A stretch of 61,243 bases of DNA, filler included, from Porpidia crustulata (Eukaryota), in NCBI GenBank assembly GCA_964255105.1. It is 8 parts of 8 records of this genome, joined end to end, with 100 filler letters (N's around TTAATTAATTAA, not from the genome) between each part and the next. Parts side by side here need not be neighbours in the genome. Positions count along the whole stretch, not along the records: positions 23,032 to 30,604 come from CAXUWE010001290.1; positions 30,705 to 38,265 come from CAXUWE010001291.1; 6 more parts are not named here. One strand, given 5' to 3'. A program made the translations under genes and the position numbers. Of the stretch, positions 25,365 through 35,722 are shown piece after piece (positions within the stretch are counted from its first letter, which is position 1; each line of letters starts with the position of its first letter). Under the pieces are notes generated by a model. The model saw only the letters and a list, made by a program, of their open reading frames with translations. It ran no database searches and was not told the DNA's origin.

Positions 25365-27692
25365 ATGGGTTACAGTCACCGCCATATACTGATGGCAGCT
25401 TCTAGAGCATACTCTTCAGTGTCGGTCGCGTGGTGCAACAACTGTCGCTTTGCATTGCTCAGCGCGTTTACCTCATGTGTCGACGTTTCTGTACGCCCTA
25501 CACTGAGGCCTGTTTCACAAAAAAACTCTTCTAAACAGCTTGTTCGGACCCGGAGCTTCGCATCTCAGACCCCATGGCGCTCTGAGCTCGTCCGTGAGAA
25601 TGATGAATATCTTCCAAATAAAGAAAGTGAAGAATTACTAGGAAGTGAGCATGTTCCAGACTTGGAGAATAAGTCGAACCCTACATCTTCTATACCCTGG
25701 TACCTCCAAGTCGATCCGCCGGACAGCTCGTACAAATCTTTATCAGAGCGTCAAAGGTTGCCTGAACTTCCCTTAGACCCTCCACCATTGCTCCAGCCAG
25801 TGCTAGAGTATATCTCCATCGATCTTGGCCTTGAGGATCTCTCCATCTTCGATTTGCGCAACGTTGACCCGCCGCCCGCTCTTGGGACAAATTTGCTCAT
25901 GGTATTGGGAACGGCGAGGAGTGAAAAGCATCTACATGTCTCGGCAGACAGGTTCTGTAGATGGCTAAGGACTACCCACAAACTATCGCCGTACCCGGAT
26001 GGACTACTTGGGCGTGGTGAATTGAAACGGAAATTGAGACGGAAAAACCGTCGAGCTCGATTGCTGAGTAGTGTTGGAGCATCCGAAAGCAGTACTGTGG
26101 ATGACGGTCTGCGAACGGGTTGGGTTTGCGTAAACGTAGGCATAATTGATGACGGGAGAGATGCCAACGAGCAAATTCAGGAATCGGAGGGCTTTGTTGG
26201 CTTCGGTGAGCAGGTTTCAGGGGCCAAGGTCGTGATCCAAATGCTCACAGCTGAGAAGCGAGAAGAGCTGGACTTGGAAGACCTATGGGGAGGTATACTC
26301 GTGCGGCAACAGAAAAGAGATGCAAGGAGACTCAATGGTGAAGATGAAGCACTACAGCAGGCAGACAGCACTTTGCCAAATTACGAACCCCGAGAGGAAG
26401 AAAGCGAAGCTCTGAAATCAGAGGTTGGTCGAGATTCTTCCTTGCTAAAGGGTCAAATGTCTGATACGTTCTGTCATTCTCCCATAAGGCCAAGCATTCC
26501 ATCGCACCCCAGTTCTCTACAGCTCAGGGGGTTTCACAGCCATCCTAGAAGCTCTACGGCGGATATTAATGGCGAAGAGAAAACCACCTACGAAGGTCGA
26601 AACTCTTCAGGCATTGAATTAGGCATACAGACACAGAGCAACGAGCCCAGCAGTAATCCACTGGACACTTCATTATCGTATACCTACCAATTTAAAGACC
26701 CAATTGCGCAATCACACGACACCGCTAATTTTATCTCACTTCAAGCCCTTGTGCTTCATCTAGAGAATTCACCGTGCGAGGACGCAATGGGGATGCTTGG
26801 CTTTGGTATCAACGACCATAGCTCTACGCCCTTTCTGCGAGAATTCTATCACAAACTCCCAATGTTTTCCGATGCGACGGACTGGGAATGTCGTCTGTCT
26901 TTGATATGCTGCGCTTTGAAATTAGCACATCCCAATTACCACAAGGCGGACTTATTTGCGCTGTTCAGTGAAATGCAGGCCTCTGTGATCAATGTCCCAC
27001 GCAACGTATTCATGATGATTTTCAAGATGCTTCTTACAAGGAGGGGAGAGATGTCACTATCGAAACAAAGGCTCGGACTAAGCGGTGCGTCAGTTGAATT
27101 TGCTCTCAGGGTACTTGCAGATATGGATCTCCGTGGTCACAACATCATAACCGAGGAGATACTTACAGAAGTGATGGTTGCGACTCTCTTCAAGACCCAA
27201 CACGCTCCAGCAAAGCCGGATGTTCCACACCGCTTCACCTCACATGCGGTACAACGCTTGCTGAAAGGATTGAGTCAACACATAATGGAACCAGGTGCGA
27301 TATTCGTGAACGTGGAGACCCATATACGCCTTCTCAACGCGTATGCTGACGCCAACAACTGGAGTGGATTTTGGAACTATTGGAAGGGGATTGCTAGGGC
27401 TATGCAGCGAAGGCCGAAGGATCTCTACCTCGTGATGTTCCGCCGTGCTGCCGAAACCGGACACCAAGCCCACATCATGAGAAACCTGCGACACTATGTT
27501 CCTCGAATGAGACGTGAAGAACCGCCAGTTGAACTAGATGCAGAATTGGCTAAAGTGATTATGGACTGTGTGCTAGTCGCCGAACCTGATGTCGTAGCTG
27601 AGGCTAGGGAAGGCCAAAGTGAAATGGGAGAGTGGGTAAAGCTTTGGCGAAGTTGTGAGCTGCCAATTTCCCGGAACGATGAGTCGAGATAA
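25365..27692 (+). CDS. ATP25: Mitochondrial ATPase synthesis protein Atp25
   Basis: PWYLQ, DLRNVDPPPALGTNLLMVLGTARSEKHLHVSADRFCRWLR, DGLLGRGELK and GLRTGWVCVN. Confidence 0.9.
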   Translation: MGYSHRHILMAASRAYSSVSVAWCNNCRFALLSAFTSCVDVSVRPTLRPVSQKNSSKQLVRTRSFASQTPWRSELVRENDEYLPNKESEELLGSEHVPDLENKSNPTSSIPWYLQVDPPDSSYKSLSERQRLPELPLDPPPLLQPVLEYISIDLGLEDLSIFDLRNVDPPPALGTNLLMVLGTARSEKHLHVSADRFCRWLRTTHKLSPYPDGLLGRGELKRKLRRKNRRARLLSSVGASESSTVDDGLRTGWVCVNVGIIDDGRDANEQIQESEGFVGFGEQVSGAKVVIQMLTAEKREELDLEDLWGGILVRQQKRDARRLNGEDEALQQADSTLPNYEPREEESEALKSEVGRDSSLLKGQMSDTFCHSPIRPSIPSHPSSLQLRGFHSHPRSSTADINGEEKTTYEGRNSSGIELGIQTQSNEPSSNPLDTSLSYTYQFKDPIAQSHDTANFISLQALVLHLENSPCEDAMGMLGFGINDHSSTPFLREFYHKLPMFSDATDWECRLSLICCALKLAHPNYHKADLFALFSEMQASVINVPRNVFMMIFKMLLTRRGEMSLSKQRLGLSGASVEFALRVLADMDLRGHNIITEEILTEVMVATLFKTQHAPAKPDVPHRFTSHAVQRLLKGLSQHIMEPGAIFVNVETHIRLLNAYADANNWSGFWNYWKGIARAMQRRPKDLYLVMFRRAAETGHQAHIMRNLRHYVPRMRREEPPVELDAELAKVIMDCVLVAEPDVVAEAREGQSEMGEWVKLWRSCELPISRNDESR

Positions 27693-27761
27693 GAAATTCA
27701 TACCCATCAAACTTCCGCTAATAGCATGATACCATCGATCGTATTCGCGGTTTTTAGCTCT

Positions 27762-29078
27762 TCAGCTGCCTTTCGACCAATGGCCTTCCCAGCTAAATTT
27801 CAATACTTCATCGCCCCATGACCACCATCCCGCAGTCAGATTTCTCGCAAAAACTTCCAGAGCACGAACATCGATTGCATTTAGCATCATTGCTCCTACC
27901 AGCTCTTTCAAGTTAGGTTTTCTAGAGTGCAAGTCTGGCACCGCTACAAGAACCTTCCTCAGTATATTATTCTCCCTATAAACGGTTCTCTTGCTTTTAT
28001 AAGCATCAGCACTCGTTTCTCTACCAAGTAGCAGAATTTCATATGGTTTCCTCCACAGCCCGTCGAGGTCCAAGACTGGTTCGCCGTGAACGGTTGTCTT
28101 TAACCATACCCACTCCTCGATGAGGTCCACATTCCAATTCTCGAACGCCTTCATTACTGCATTTCGCACGCTTGGTCTGTTCGTGATCCAACATGCCACT
28201 AAAGACCCCGGTGCTATATGCGGTCCAAGCTTATCATGAAGTATTTCCATCGGATCTCTATGTTGCCGGAGAGTACTGTACTTGCGAGAGCGTTGTACGG
28301 AACGATTATCCCACGGCGGGTCAAGTAGGATAAAGTCAAACTGGCCAGGTCCCGCGGAGGAGCTCGATGTCGGATATACTTCACGGGCTGCGTGGCTGAA
28401 GCTACAAAAGGAAACTTCATCAACTTTGGCGAGCATGAAGGATGCATGAGGCGGTATTATACAGGTCTGAGAGATCAATGAGATGTGAAGGGCTATTGAT
28501 GTTGAGCGTATATTTCGCACCAATTGGTGAGATATCGATTGTATATCTAGCATCATAGCTGTACTATATGGGGGCATGGTAAACATTTCCAGCGGGCTCT
28601 GTGGCTCAATTTCCTGCCCCTTACGATACTGAATCCTCGGCACCTTGAGATCAGGTTCCTCAACTGACGCCGCTCCATCAGACGTCTTTGATTGACAAAA
28701 CTTATGCTTCCTAATAGTCTGCGTCGACGCTGGGGGTATCAGCTTCCGTGGAAGGCACCAATCACCCAGGTGATCGTTTTTGATTTGCTTGAGTGCATCA
28801 AGTAGGAGGACCGTAGGAAAATCCGATTGAACGGAACCCATCGTATTCCGTACTTTCGCCTTTGTAGCCTCAGACTTGGGCTCTGTTGATGCATAAGGGG
28901 ACTGCAAAGGTGGTGAGGAGCGGAGTATCCGAGTATGTGGACTATCGGATGTGCCTTGGGCCAGAGATATTGATGTCGGGATGTCGATGAGGAATATTGT
29001 TTTTGTTTGGTTCTGGTAAAGTATGGCGGATTTGGGAGCGACTGATTTGGGCATTTCAGGTACTTTTTTATCGCACAT
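27762..29078 (-). CDS. MT-A70 family (METTL4-like) N6-adenine methyltransferase
   Basis: FDFILLDPPW catalytic motif, WITN, EEWVWLKTT, RKPYE, HSRKP, LEVFARNL and WGDE. Confidence 0.9.
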   Translation of the reverse strand: MCDKKVPEMPKSVAPKSAILYQNQTKTIFLIDIPTSISLAQGTSDSPHTRILRSSPPLQSPYASTEPKSEATKAKVRNTMGSVQSDFPTVLLLDALKQIKNDHLGDWCLPRKLIPPASTQTIRKHKFCQSKTSDGAASVEEPDLKVPRIQYRKGQEIEPQSPLEMFTMPPYSTAMMLDIQSISHQLVRNIRSTSIALHISLISQTCIIPPHASFMLAKVDEVSFCSFSHAAREVYPTSSSSAGPGQFDFILLDPPWDNRSVQRSRKYSTLRQHRDPMEILHDKLGPHIAPGSLVACWITNRPSVRNAVMKAFENWNVDLIEEWVWLKTTVHGEPVLDLDGLWRKPYEILLLGRETSADAYKSKRTVYRENNILRKVLVAVPDLHSRKPNLKELVGAMMLNAIDVRALEVFARNLTAGWWSWGDEVLKFSWEGHWSKGS

Positions 29079-29138
29079 CTGGACCAGTATCCAAATCGCT
29101 GAATATCACCTTCGAGGATGTTGTCAAGTCTTGCCCTA

Positions 29139-29541
29139 CTCGTTCAAACTGACCAACGGTCCGAACCCCCCAACGGTCCGCGCTAAGCCCTAGGGTTAGG
29201 GTTACAAAGCTTTTAATTCACTCATCATGCAAAAGCGATTGGATTTTCAAAGTTTTTAGGCTCATTTATAGCTCTGATCTAGACCTAAATAATGGACTAT
29301 TTAAATAAAAATTACATCGGTGGCGCATTGTTATTACATCAGTTGAATGTTTAAAGTTCAATGAAGCGCGCTGACGTTCGAAACCTTAACTAATTAGCTT
29401 GCGAAGCCTTATTATATAACGAACATCAGAATTTTTTAATTCTTTTAAATGATGTAACCTGAATTAAAAGCTTTGTAACCCTAACCCTAGGGCTTAGCGC
29501 GGACCGTCGGGGGATTCGGACCGTTGGTCAGTTTGAACGAG
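29139..29541. mobile_element. 403-bp non-autonomous DNA transposon (MITE, Tc1/mariner-type TA target site) with 82-bp TIRs containing telomere-like repeats
   Basis: 29139-29220 is the reverse complement of 29460-29541 with 2 mismatches. TA flanks both sides (29137-38 and 29542-43). The interior is AT-rich and non-coding. Confidence 0.9.
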
Positions 29542-29748
29542 TAATTGCAGGGATGTTGCTCGCCCGGACGTGGGGCACATCCAACTGCACGCTTCGGCGT
29601 TCCTACGTCACGCTACCTCCGTACAGCGACTTCAACTTCAAGTTCAACATGCTCTCAAAACCCATTGGACTAATCCTCAGAACATGAATTCCTCGTTACT
29701 GTTGATAGTGGAGCGATCAGGAATTCCACTTGGTCAGGCACCAAGGTA

Positions 29749-30604
29749 ATGCAACCCCCTAAGAATGGTTGGAGAAAGTTGTTCCCACAAGGATCGACCT
29801 CCCCACCAGATGAGGAGCCGACAACAAAGTCAGAGACAATAGTAGTAAAGGGGACTGGGATCCGAAAGCGCCACAACAAGCAAAGTCTTGACTATGTCTT
29901 GAGAACAGGCCTGGCTGGTGGATTGGCGGGATGCGCAGTAAGGCTCAGTCCATGGACCGACAACGTCATATTTCATACTGACCATTCTTCAAGGCAAAAA
30001 CCGTCGTCGGCCCCCTTGATCGCGTCAAGATCCTCTTCCAAGCCTCTAACCCTCAGTTCGCCAAATATACGGGTTCTTGGTTTGGCGTTGTCACTGCCAT
30101 GCGTGACATAAACCGCCAGGAGGGCCTGCGGGGCCTCTTTCGCGGACATTCTGCAACCCTCCTTCGCATCTTCCCCTACGCCGGCATCAAATTTCTCGCC
30201 TACGAGCAAATCCGCTCGGTGATAATTCCCTCCGCTTCCAAGGAAACCCCCCTAAGACGTCTAGTCTCTGGCTCTTTAGCTGGAGTCACAAGCGTGTTCT
30301 TCACCTACCCCCTCGAGGTCATTCGCGTCCGCCTAGCCTTCGAAACAAGACAAGATTCGCGGTCATCGCTCAAGAGGATCTGCAAGCAAATCTACCACGA
30401 ACACCCTCCCATACCTCCATCGCCGCTGCCCGAATCGATTCCCGGCGTTGCGGTTGTCGCAGCCCCGCGGTCTGGCCTTGCAAACTTCTACCGCGGATTC
30501 TCCCCCACTTTGGCGGGAATGCTCCCCTACGCCGGAACGTCCTTCCTAACCCACGACACCGCGACCGACTACTTGCGCTCCGCCCCCCTCGCCCCCTACA
30601 CTAC
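29749..30604 (+). CDS. LEU5: Mitochondrial CoA carrier (Leu5-like), partial, cut by the contig end
   Basis: GLAGGLAGCA|AKTVVGPLDRVKILFQ, GHSATLLRIFPYAGIKFLAYEQIR and FFTYPLEVIRVRLA. Confidence 0.88.
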
Positions 30605-30704
30605 NNNNNNNNNNNNNNNNNNNNNNNNNNNNNNNNNNNNNNNNNNNNTTAATTAATTAANNNNNNNNNNNNNNNNNNNNNNNNNNNNNNNNNNNNNNNN
30701 NNNN
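30605..30704. other. Artificial contig spacer
   Basis: N-run with TTAATTAATTAA. Confidence 0.99.
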
Positions 30705-31771
30705 ATCTTTGAGCCTTTCGATATCCCAGGGCGGCTGTGGGGTTGGAGATGACCCGTGGTCATTCAATCGGAGGAAACGTCATCGCTTTCCTACCCTGGA
30801 AAATTTGATAATATCTGGCTTTGATTGGAATTCTCAACAAGTCTCGTTCAGAAAAGGTCAGAGACCTATTAGTACCAAGGTATGGAAAGCTGCGATGGAT
30901 TGGAGCAAACTGAAACGGCTCGATCTGTCACGTCCTCCAGCTTCGTTCCTTAAAGCGTTTCATGGCGAGTTAAGTAGCCTCCAGTCGCTTGTAATATGTC
31001 TTGAAAAAGGCTTCTGGGGCGATGAAATGACATTGTGCGACTTTGACGAAGCGGGACAAAAATTACGTCAAGACTGGACTTCCTTCATTGTTGCCCTCCC
31101 GCCATTATATCAGCTAAAGATTAGCGGAATGGGCAACCCGCTAAACTTAACGCAGATCCTCGCGGCTCATGGTCCAACCTTGAGAAAGCTGAAGATCCAT
31201 GATCATGAACGCGATTGCATGTATGAGACTGGCAACTCTAGCTGGACCCGCCAAACCTTTGACGCTGCGCAGATAGAAGAACTCCGGCTCGGAGCCTCGA
31301 ATCTCGAATCATTGACAATAGATGTCTGGCGTGGCGCCAATGAATGGCCTGTATCTGCGTTGAATGCGCTATCCAAATTCCCCCAAGCTGTCTCGCCTAA
31401 AGCTCCATTTCAATCTGGAAGATCCATGGCATAATAGGCTCGCTGAGAATTGTGACGGTCACCACATTCCCGAGCTGGTGGAACAGGAGTGCCTCGTCAG
31501 CGAGCTGATGCAGCCGCTTTTAAACCGCGAAGCTGCAATAGAGATGTTTCAATCTTTATGACGTGAGCAGTCAAGCGGAAGACTCCGAACGTTGACTCTC
31601 TACGCGGGAGACTATGGGAGAACCGAGGGTGAGGGACTGCGACTACCATTTCATGACGAGCAAAATGAACCGGTCGGGTGCGACTGTTGGGTGGAGAAGC
31701 ATGGTCTCGAGGTGTGTAACGAAAGAAAGCTGTACGGCCACTACGAATTTGGCCGCGCTGTGGACGTTTGA
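30705..31771 (+). pseudogene. C-terminal part of a fungal F-box/LRR-like protein with a frameshift and a premature stop
   Basis: LRR-like text (MDWSKLKRLDL, HGPTLRKLKIH, NLESLTIDV) changes frame at the C-run near 31380. A TGA at 31559 follows, after which the same frame continues (REQSSGRLRTLTLYAGDYGR...). Confidence 0.55.
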
Positions 31772-32482
31772 TGATGATTGGTCGTCAACTTCGAAATGGT
31801 GGTCTTAGTAGTAGGATCCAGGTCTGTCATCCCGTGGCTGCATTGTTATGCTCGAAGATTACTCTGATGTCACTCTTTGAAGATATCAAACAGTGAGTAG
31901 TAAACTATAGAAAGTCGTCCGAAATTGGACGAGATCGCGCGACTGCTTTGGAAAGACGAAGTAAGACTGAATAGGAAACATATTCCTTGATAGGGCGCTT
32001 TAAAGCAACAGCTTACTCCATCTCCATAAAGTAGCCTCTTTGCCGTACTCTTAAGACTAAGCTTCATTATGGGAGGAACGGAGATGATTAGGCTTTTGAC
32101 TGCTAGCTGGATCTAAATTAATAGTTTCTATATGGATGAACTGTGTTTTCAAAATCGGCTTCTAACCCAACTCGATGGTCACACTGCTGAGTTGTTAAGA
32201 AAAAGTACACAAATTAGAGAAATCTGGAAATCTCCGCCACACGGGTCGAGGGCGCTAGCAGAATTTTCAGACCTTCCTATTCACCACTAGAGAGTATCCT
32301 CCTAGCAGCAGCAACATCAATGCCAATTCCATACCCGATACGCCAACATGGAAATAGTTCTATGGATACAGAGATCTCACCTCCTTCGCAGCATCCTCTA
32401 GAGTACCTCTATGATCAATCACCTATAATAATTGCTATCGGCGATCCATATATCGTAATTTATCTTCACCGAGAACCACATT

Positions 32483-33957
32483 TTAGACCATATTATCTTG
32501 CTGCGAAAACTGTCTAGTTACATAAATGTCGGTCGCTGGAGCTTCTGACCGTTTTAGCTTTTTCATGACGATGAGATTCGAAGAGTCAGTATCCGGTAGC
32601 GTTGGTACTTTCGAAGCTGTCTCGCTATCGGCACCAATGTCTTTGTAGGGACCACTTGGTTGTGACGGCAAACGTTTAGATCCTTCTGAATTCATCGACG
32701 GAAGACTGAAGGCACTACGCATAGAGTTGACAATACTGGCGATGGAAGTTTTGCGAACGAGGAAATGTAACGTGGGTAGACATGCAGCAATGATACCCAA
32801 GCCTGCTTCGATCATTGACCAGTATAGGATTGTGGAGACCGTCACTTGAGAACAGTCAGCAGTGGTAAATAGATATTGTAGAAGCAACGAACAATCAGGG
32901 TCAAACATGGTGTTAATGCCGGCATTGGTTATCTCAAAGGAAACAACCACCTTTATAACAGAAGCGATGATCGAGCTAGGTAAGGTCAGCGGATACTCTA
33001 GGTTTGAGAGCTTTGAAATATTACTGACACCGCGCCAGTCAAAAGAATACCAATAACCATCAGCTTTCTTCCAGTCGGCATATGAAGGTTCCAGATCTGT
33101 CCTAGTCAGCAACAAGATCGTCGATATGTAGATAAACATATAGTGATCTCACCACTGGCAGAGGCAGACATAGGATCATAACGTTCGTTATCAGGTCTGA
33201 TGTGACCAAGGCGTTACCAATGTTTATTGCTGCTCCGCAATATACCACTGAATCTTTGACGCTACCCCAATTGGCGGATATATGCGACCCACAAGAAAAC
33301 ATCAAACCGAAAAAGAAGCTGATCATCCATACTATAATTATTATGATAGAAAATTTGGTTGCCGAATCAAACAGAGTGTGCCTGTTCGTGACGAAAAGAC
33401 GACGATAGAAGAATGCGATGCTAAGTTTTACAAAGCCAGACGCCAGGATATTCAATATAATATAAACATATTGTACCTGTCACATCTGAGTCAATGGGTG
33501 GATTATCAGGATTCAATTCTAGACACTTACAACTCCCATAAGTCGGATTGTCGGGTTGATAATTATGAATTCTTCCTCGGGACTCAAACCTGCATCGAAA
33601 GGTGTTGGATATCCGATCGCTTTTCCATGTAGGCCTGGGAAATGATCAGCTCCAAGACCTGTTGAGATTTTTTGTCGCCAACCTATAATGAGAATTATTC
33701 CCTGCCCGATCACCATAGCCTACCGCGATCAGTCAGATAAGAAGGTCCTGCTATACTTGGCGGAGATAGGTGGAGCACACCAGAGCAGGAAGCATAAGCC
33801 AGTCATCGAAACTACTTGATGTCCTCTGCAAAGTTCTGGTGTAGATGCGCAAGGCGATGAATATTGCCCCTAGGATAGGCAGAACGATTGAAGCAGCATA
33901 AATTCCTCCTGGTGCCGCGTATGGAATTGAGAGCTGGGTGATCTGAGGGGTCGACAT
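32483..33957 (-). CDS. PTH11-like (fungal rhodopsin-domain) integral membrane protein / GPCR
   Basis: FIALRIYTR...FDDWL, AIGYPTP, GFVKLSIAFFYRRLF, SDLITNVMILCLPLP, IWNLHM and YWSMIEAGLGIIAACLPTL; about 7 exons that splice in frame. Confidence 0.85.
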
Positions 33958-34960
33958 GGCGACCTCGAGTTGAATGTTACAGTTATGAGGGCTTCAACAA
34001 GAGGCGAAACAGAAGGCAGAACAGAACTATGACCGAGTGATCAAACGTTGCAAGAAGGAATTTATGCATAAACGTGAAAGTGTCAAGACGATCTACACGT
34101 ATATCGTCAACGGTAGTCTTAGAGACAAATATGGCCAGGATTATTCGTAGGCAGATGAAATTGCCAGATCTCTCATGTGTGTCTTATGAGGGGGTGTTAC
34201 ATTTACCTACCTCGCGTAGCTCGTATAGCACTCGTATAAACCTGAGCCTGCAGAAACTGATTTACTCTTTACTGAGTCGCAACTGTCGATCCGAATCAAC
34301 AAAGACATCAGGTCGTCAAGACCGCGTACTAATGTGGTGTTGATCGACCTCAGCTCATGCAAGTTAATCATGGCTGTGCTTTCCTACTGCTGTGCAACAT
34401 GGACAACTTATCAGAATCCTGCAGTGTCGCAAAACTCTACGAGTTTGGGACGACATGGCTGATAAGGTATATCGAAAGAAACAATATTGATTATTGCATA
34501 TTAAAAGGAGCAGAACGATGATTGGATTGGCGCGGCTGGTACCTCACTACAAGGCAACCGCCCCAGCGCTGATCGCAAGGCACGTCTGCACCCGTGAAAG
34601 CATCAAGTTTAGATGCATGGCTATCTAGAGGTAAAGCCTGACTGAGATACGATGGATCCGACTTACAACTCGAATGGCCGCTGGAACCGTGAGATGGGAG
34701 AGGTGTAGATGTCTTCGTATTCAAGTGCATACCGCACGAATTTCGCCTTGTTCATGTGGGGTCCGACCTGATTTGGCCACGATCCAGTGAGATTCAGGAA
34801 GTCGACGATTTGAATACTGTTTGCTCATTCTGCACTGCTGAGCCTTCCTTGTGAGCTGATTCTTGAGTGAAACGACCTTGCCGATTGAGGATACACAGAT
34901 AGTCTGAATATGGCTTGAGAATTCACAAAGCCAACTAACCCTTGAATTAAGTCAGGGGAC

Positions 34961-34967
34961 TATAAAA
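34961..34967 (+). promoter_or_regulatory. TATA box of the small secreted peptide gene
   Basis: TATAAAA about 115 nt upstream of the ATG at 35079, followed by a CT-rich tract. Confidence 0.55.
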
Positions 34968-35078
34968 CCCTAGCCGGAGTCTCTCTCTCTATGCTTCACG
35001 AGATCTATTTATCCTTAAATCATTGCAAATTACTCTACCAAAAATTTTAACCTTCAGTCCAAGCACTGTTCATCCAAG

Positions 35079-35312
35079 ATGCGGTCCTCCATTACCTTTG
35101 CCGTCCTGATTCGCTGCATCGTCGCTCTTACTATAGCTCGTACTCTCGGTGCATATCCAGGTGAGCTACCATGTCCAGACTTCTCCCACATTTTGCTAAC
35201 CATATTTGTAGTGAGCCAAGGAGCTGCAGCACCTCTTCCCAGGGACGAAGTCACTGCTCCCGTCCAGATTGATGATACCGCGCCAGAGACTTCTCCAGGT
35301 CCATGGTTTTGA
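35079..35312 (+). CDS. 60-aa secreted peptide, candidate RiPP precursor (MRSSITFAVLIRCIVALTIARTLGAYPVSQGAAAPLPRDEVTAPVQIDDTAPETSPGPWF)
   Basis: Hydrophobic signal peptide; canonical 51-nt intron 35161-35211 (GTGAGC...GCTAAC...TAG); upstream TATA box; convergent with a DUF3328 gene. Confidence 0.7.
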   Translation: MRSSITFAVLIRCIVALTIARTLGAYPGELPCPDFSHILLTIFVVSQGAAAPLPRDEVTAPVQIDDTAPETSPGPWF

Positions 35313-35722
35313 AAAGTAATGGGATGTTTTGAGTACATGAGCTTGATGATTTCAGCTTTTGGGGGCTTATGATCAGGATAGTTGATTGATTATTTGTTCA
35401 GCATCTACAAGGACGATGAATGAGTTGTGTATGATGTATGATACGTCGGGTCAACAAGTGGAAGCTTTTGATACAGTCTTTACAACTTTTGATATCTTTG
35501 GTGGAACATTGTGGAATATTAGTCATTTGGTCTTCCATACTATCGTAATCCCTTATATCGATAATAAGGAATGGTAGCTAGCTACGAAAAGTCCTGTGAC
35601 AAGATATATATTATTCAAACTACCTCTGATTACATCGCGTGCGTCAGATATCTGGCATTATAGAATAAAACTATATCTCCGCAGCTAGAATCAGATATGA
35701 GACCCTGGCTACATCCCTTGGA

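Noticed and set aside
29187..29203. TTAGGG repeats as a true chromosome end
   Set aside because: Only about 2.5 units, internal, and mirrored within the TIRs of an inserted element
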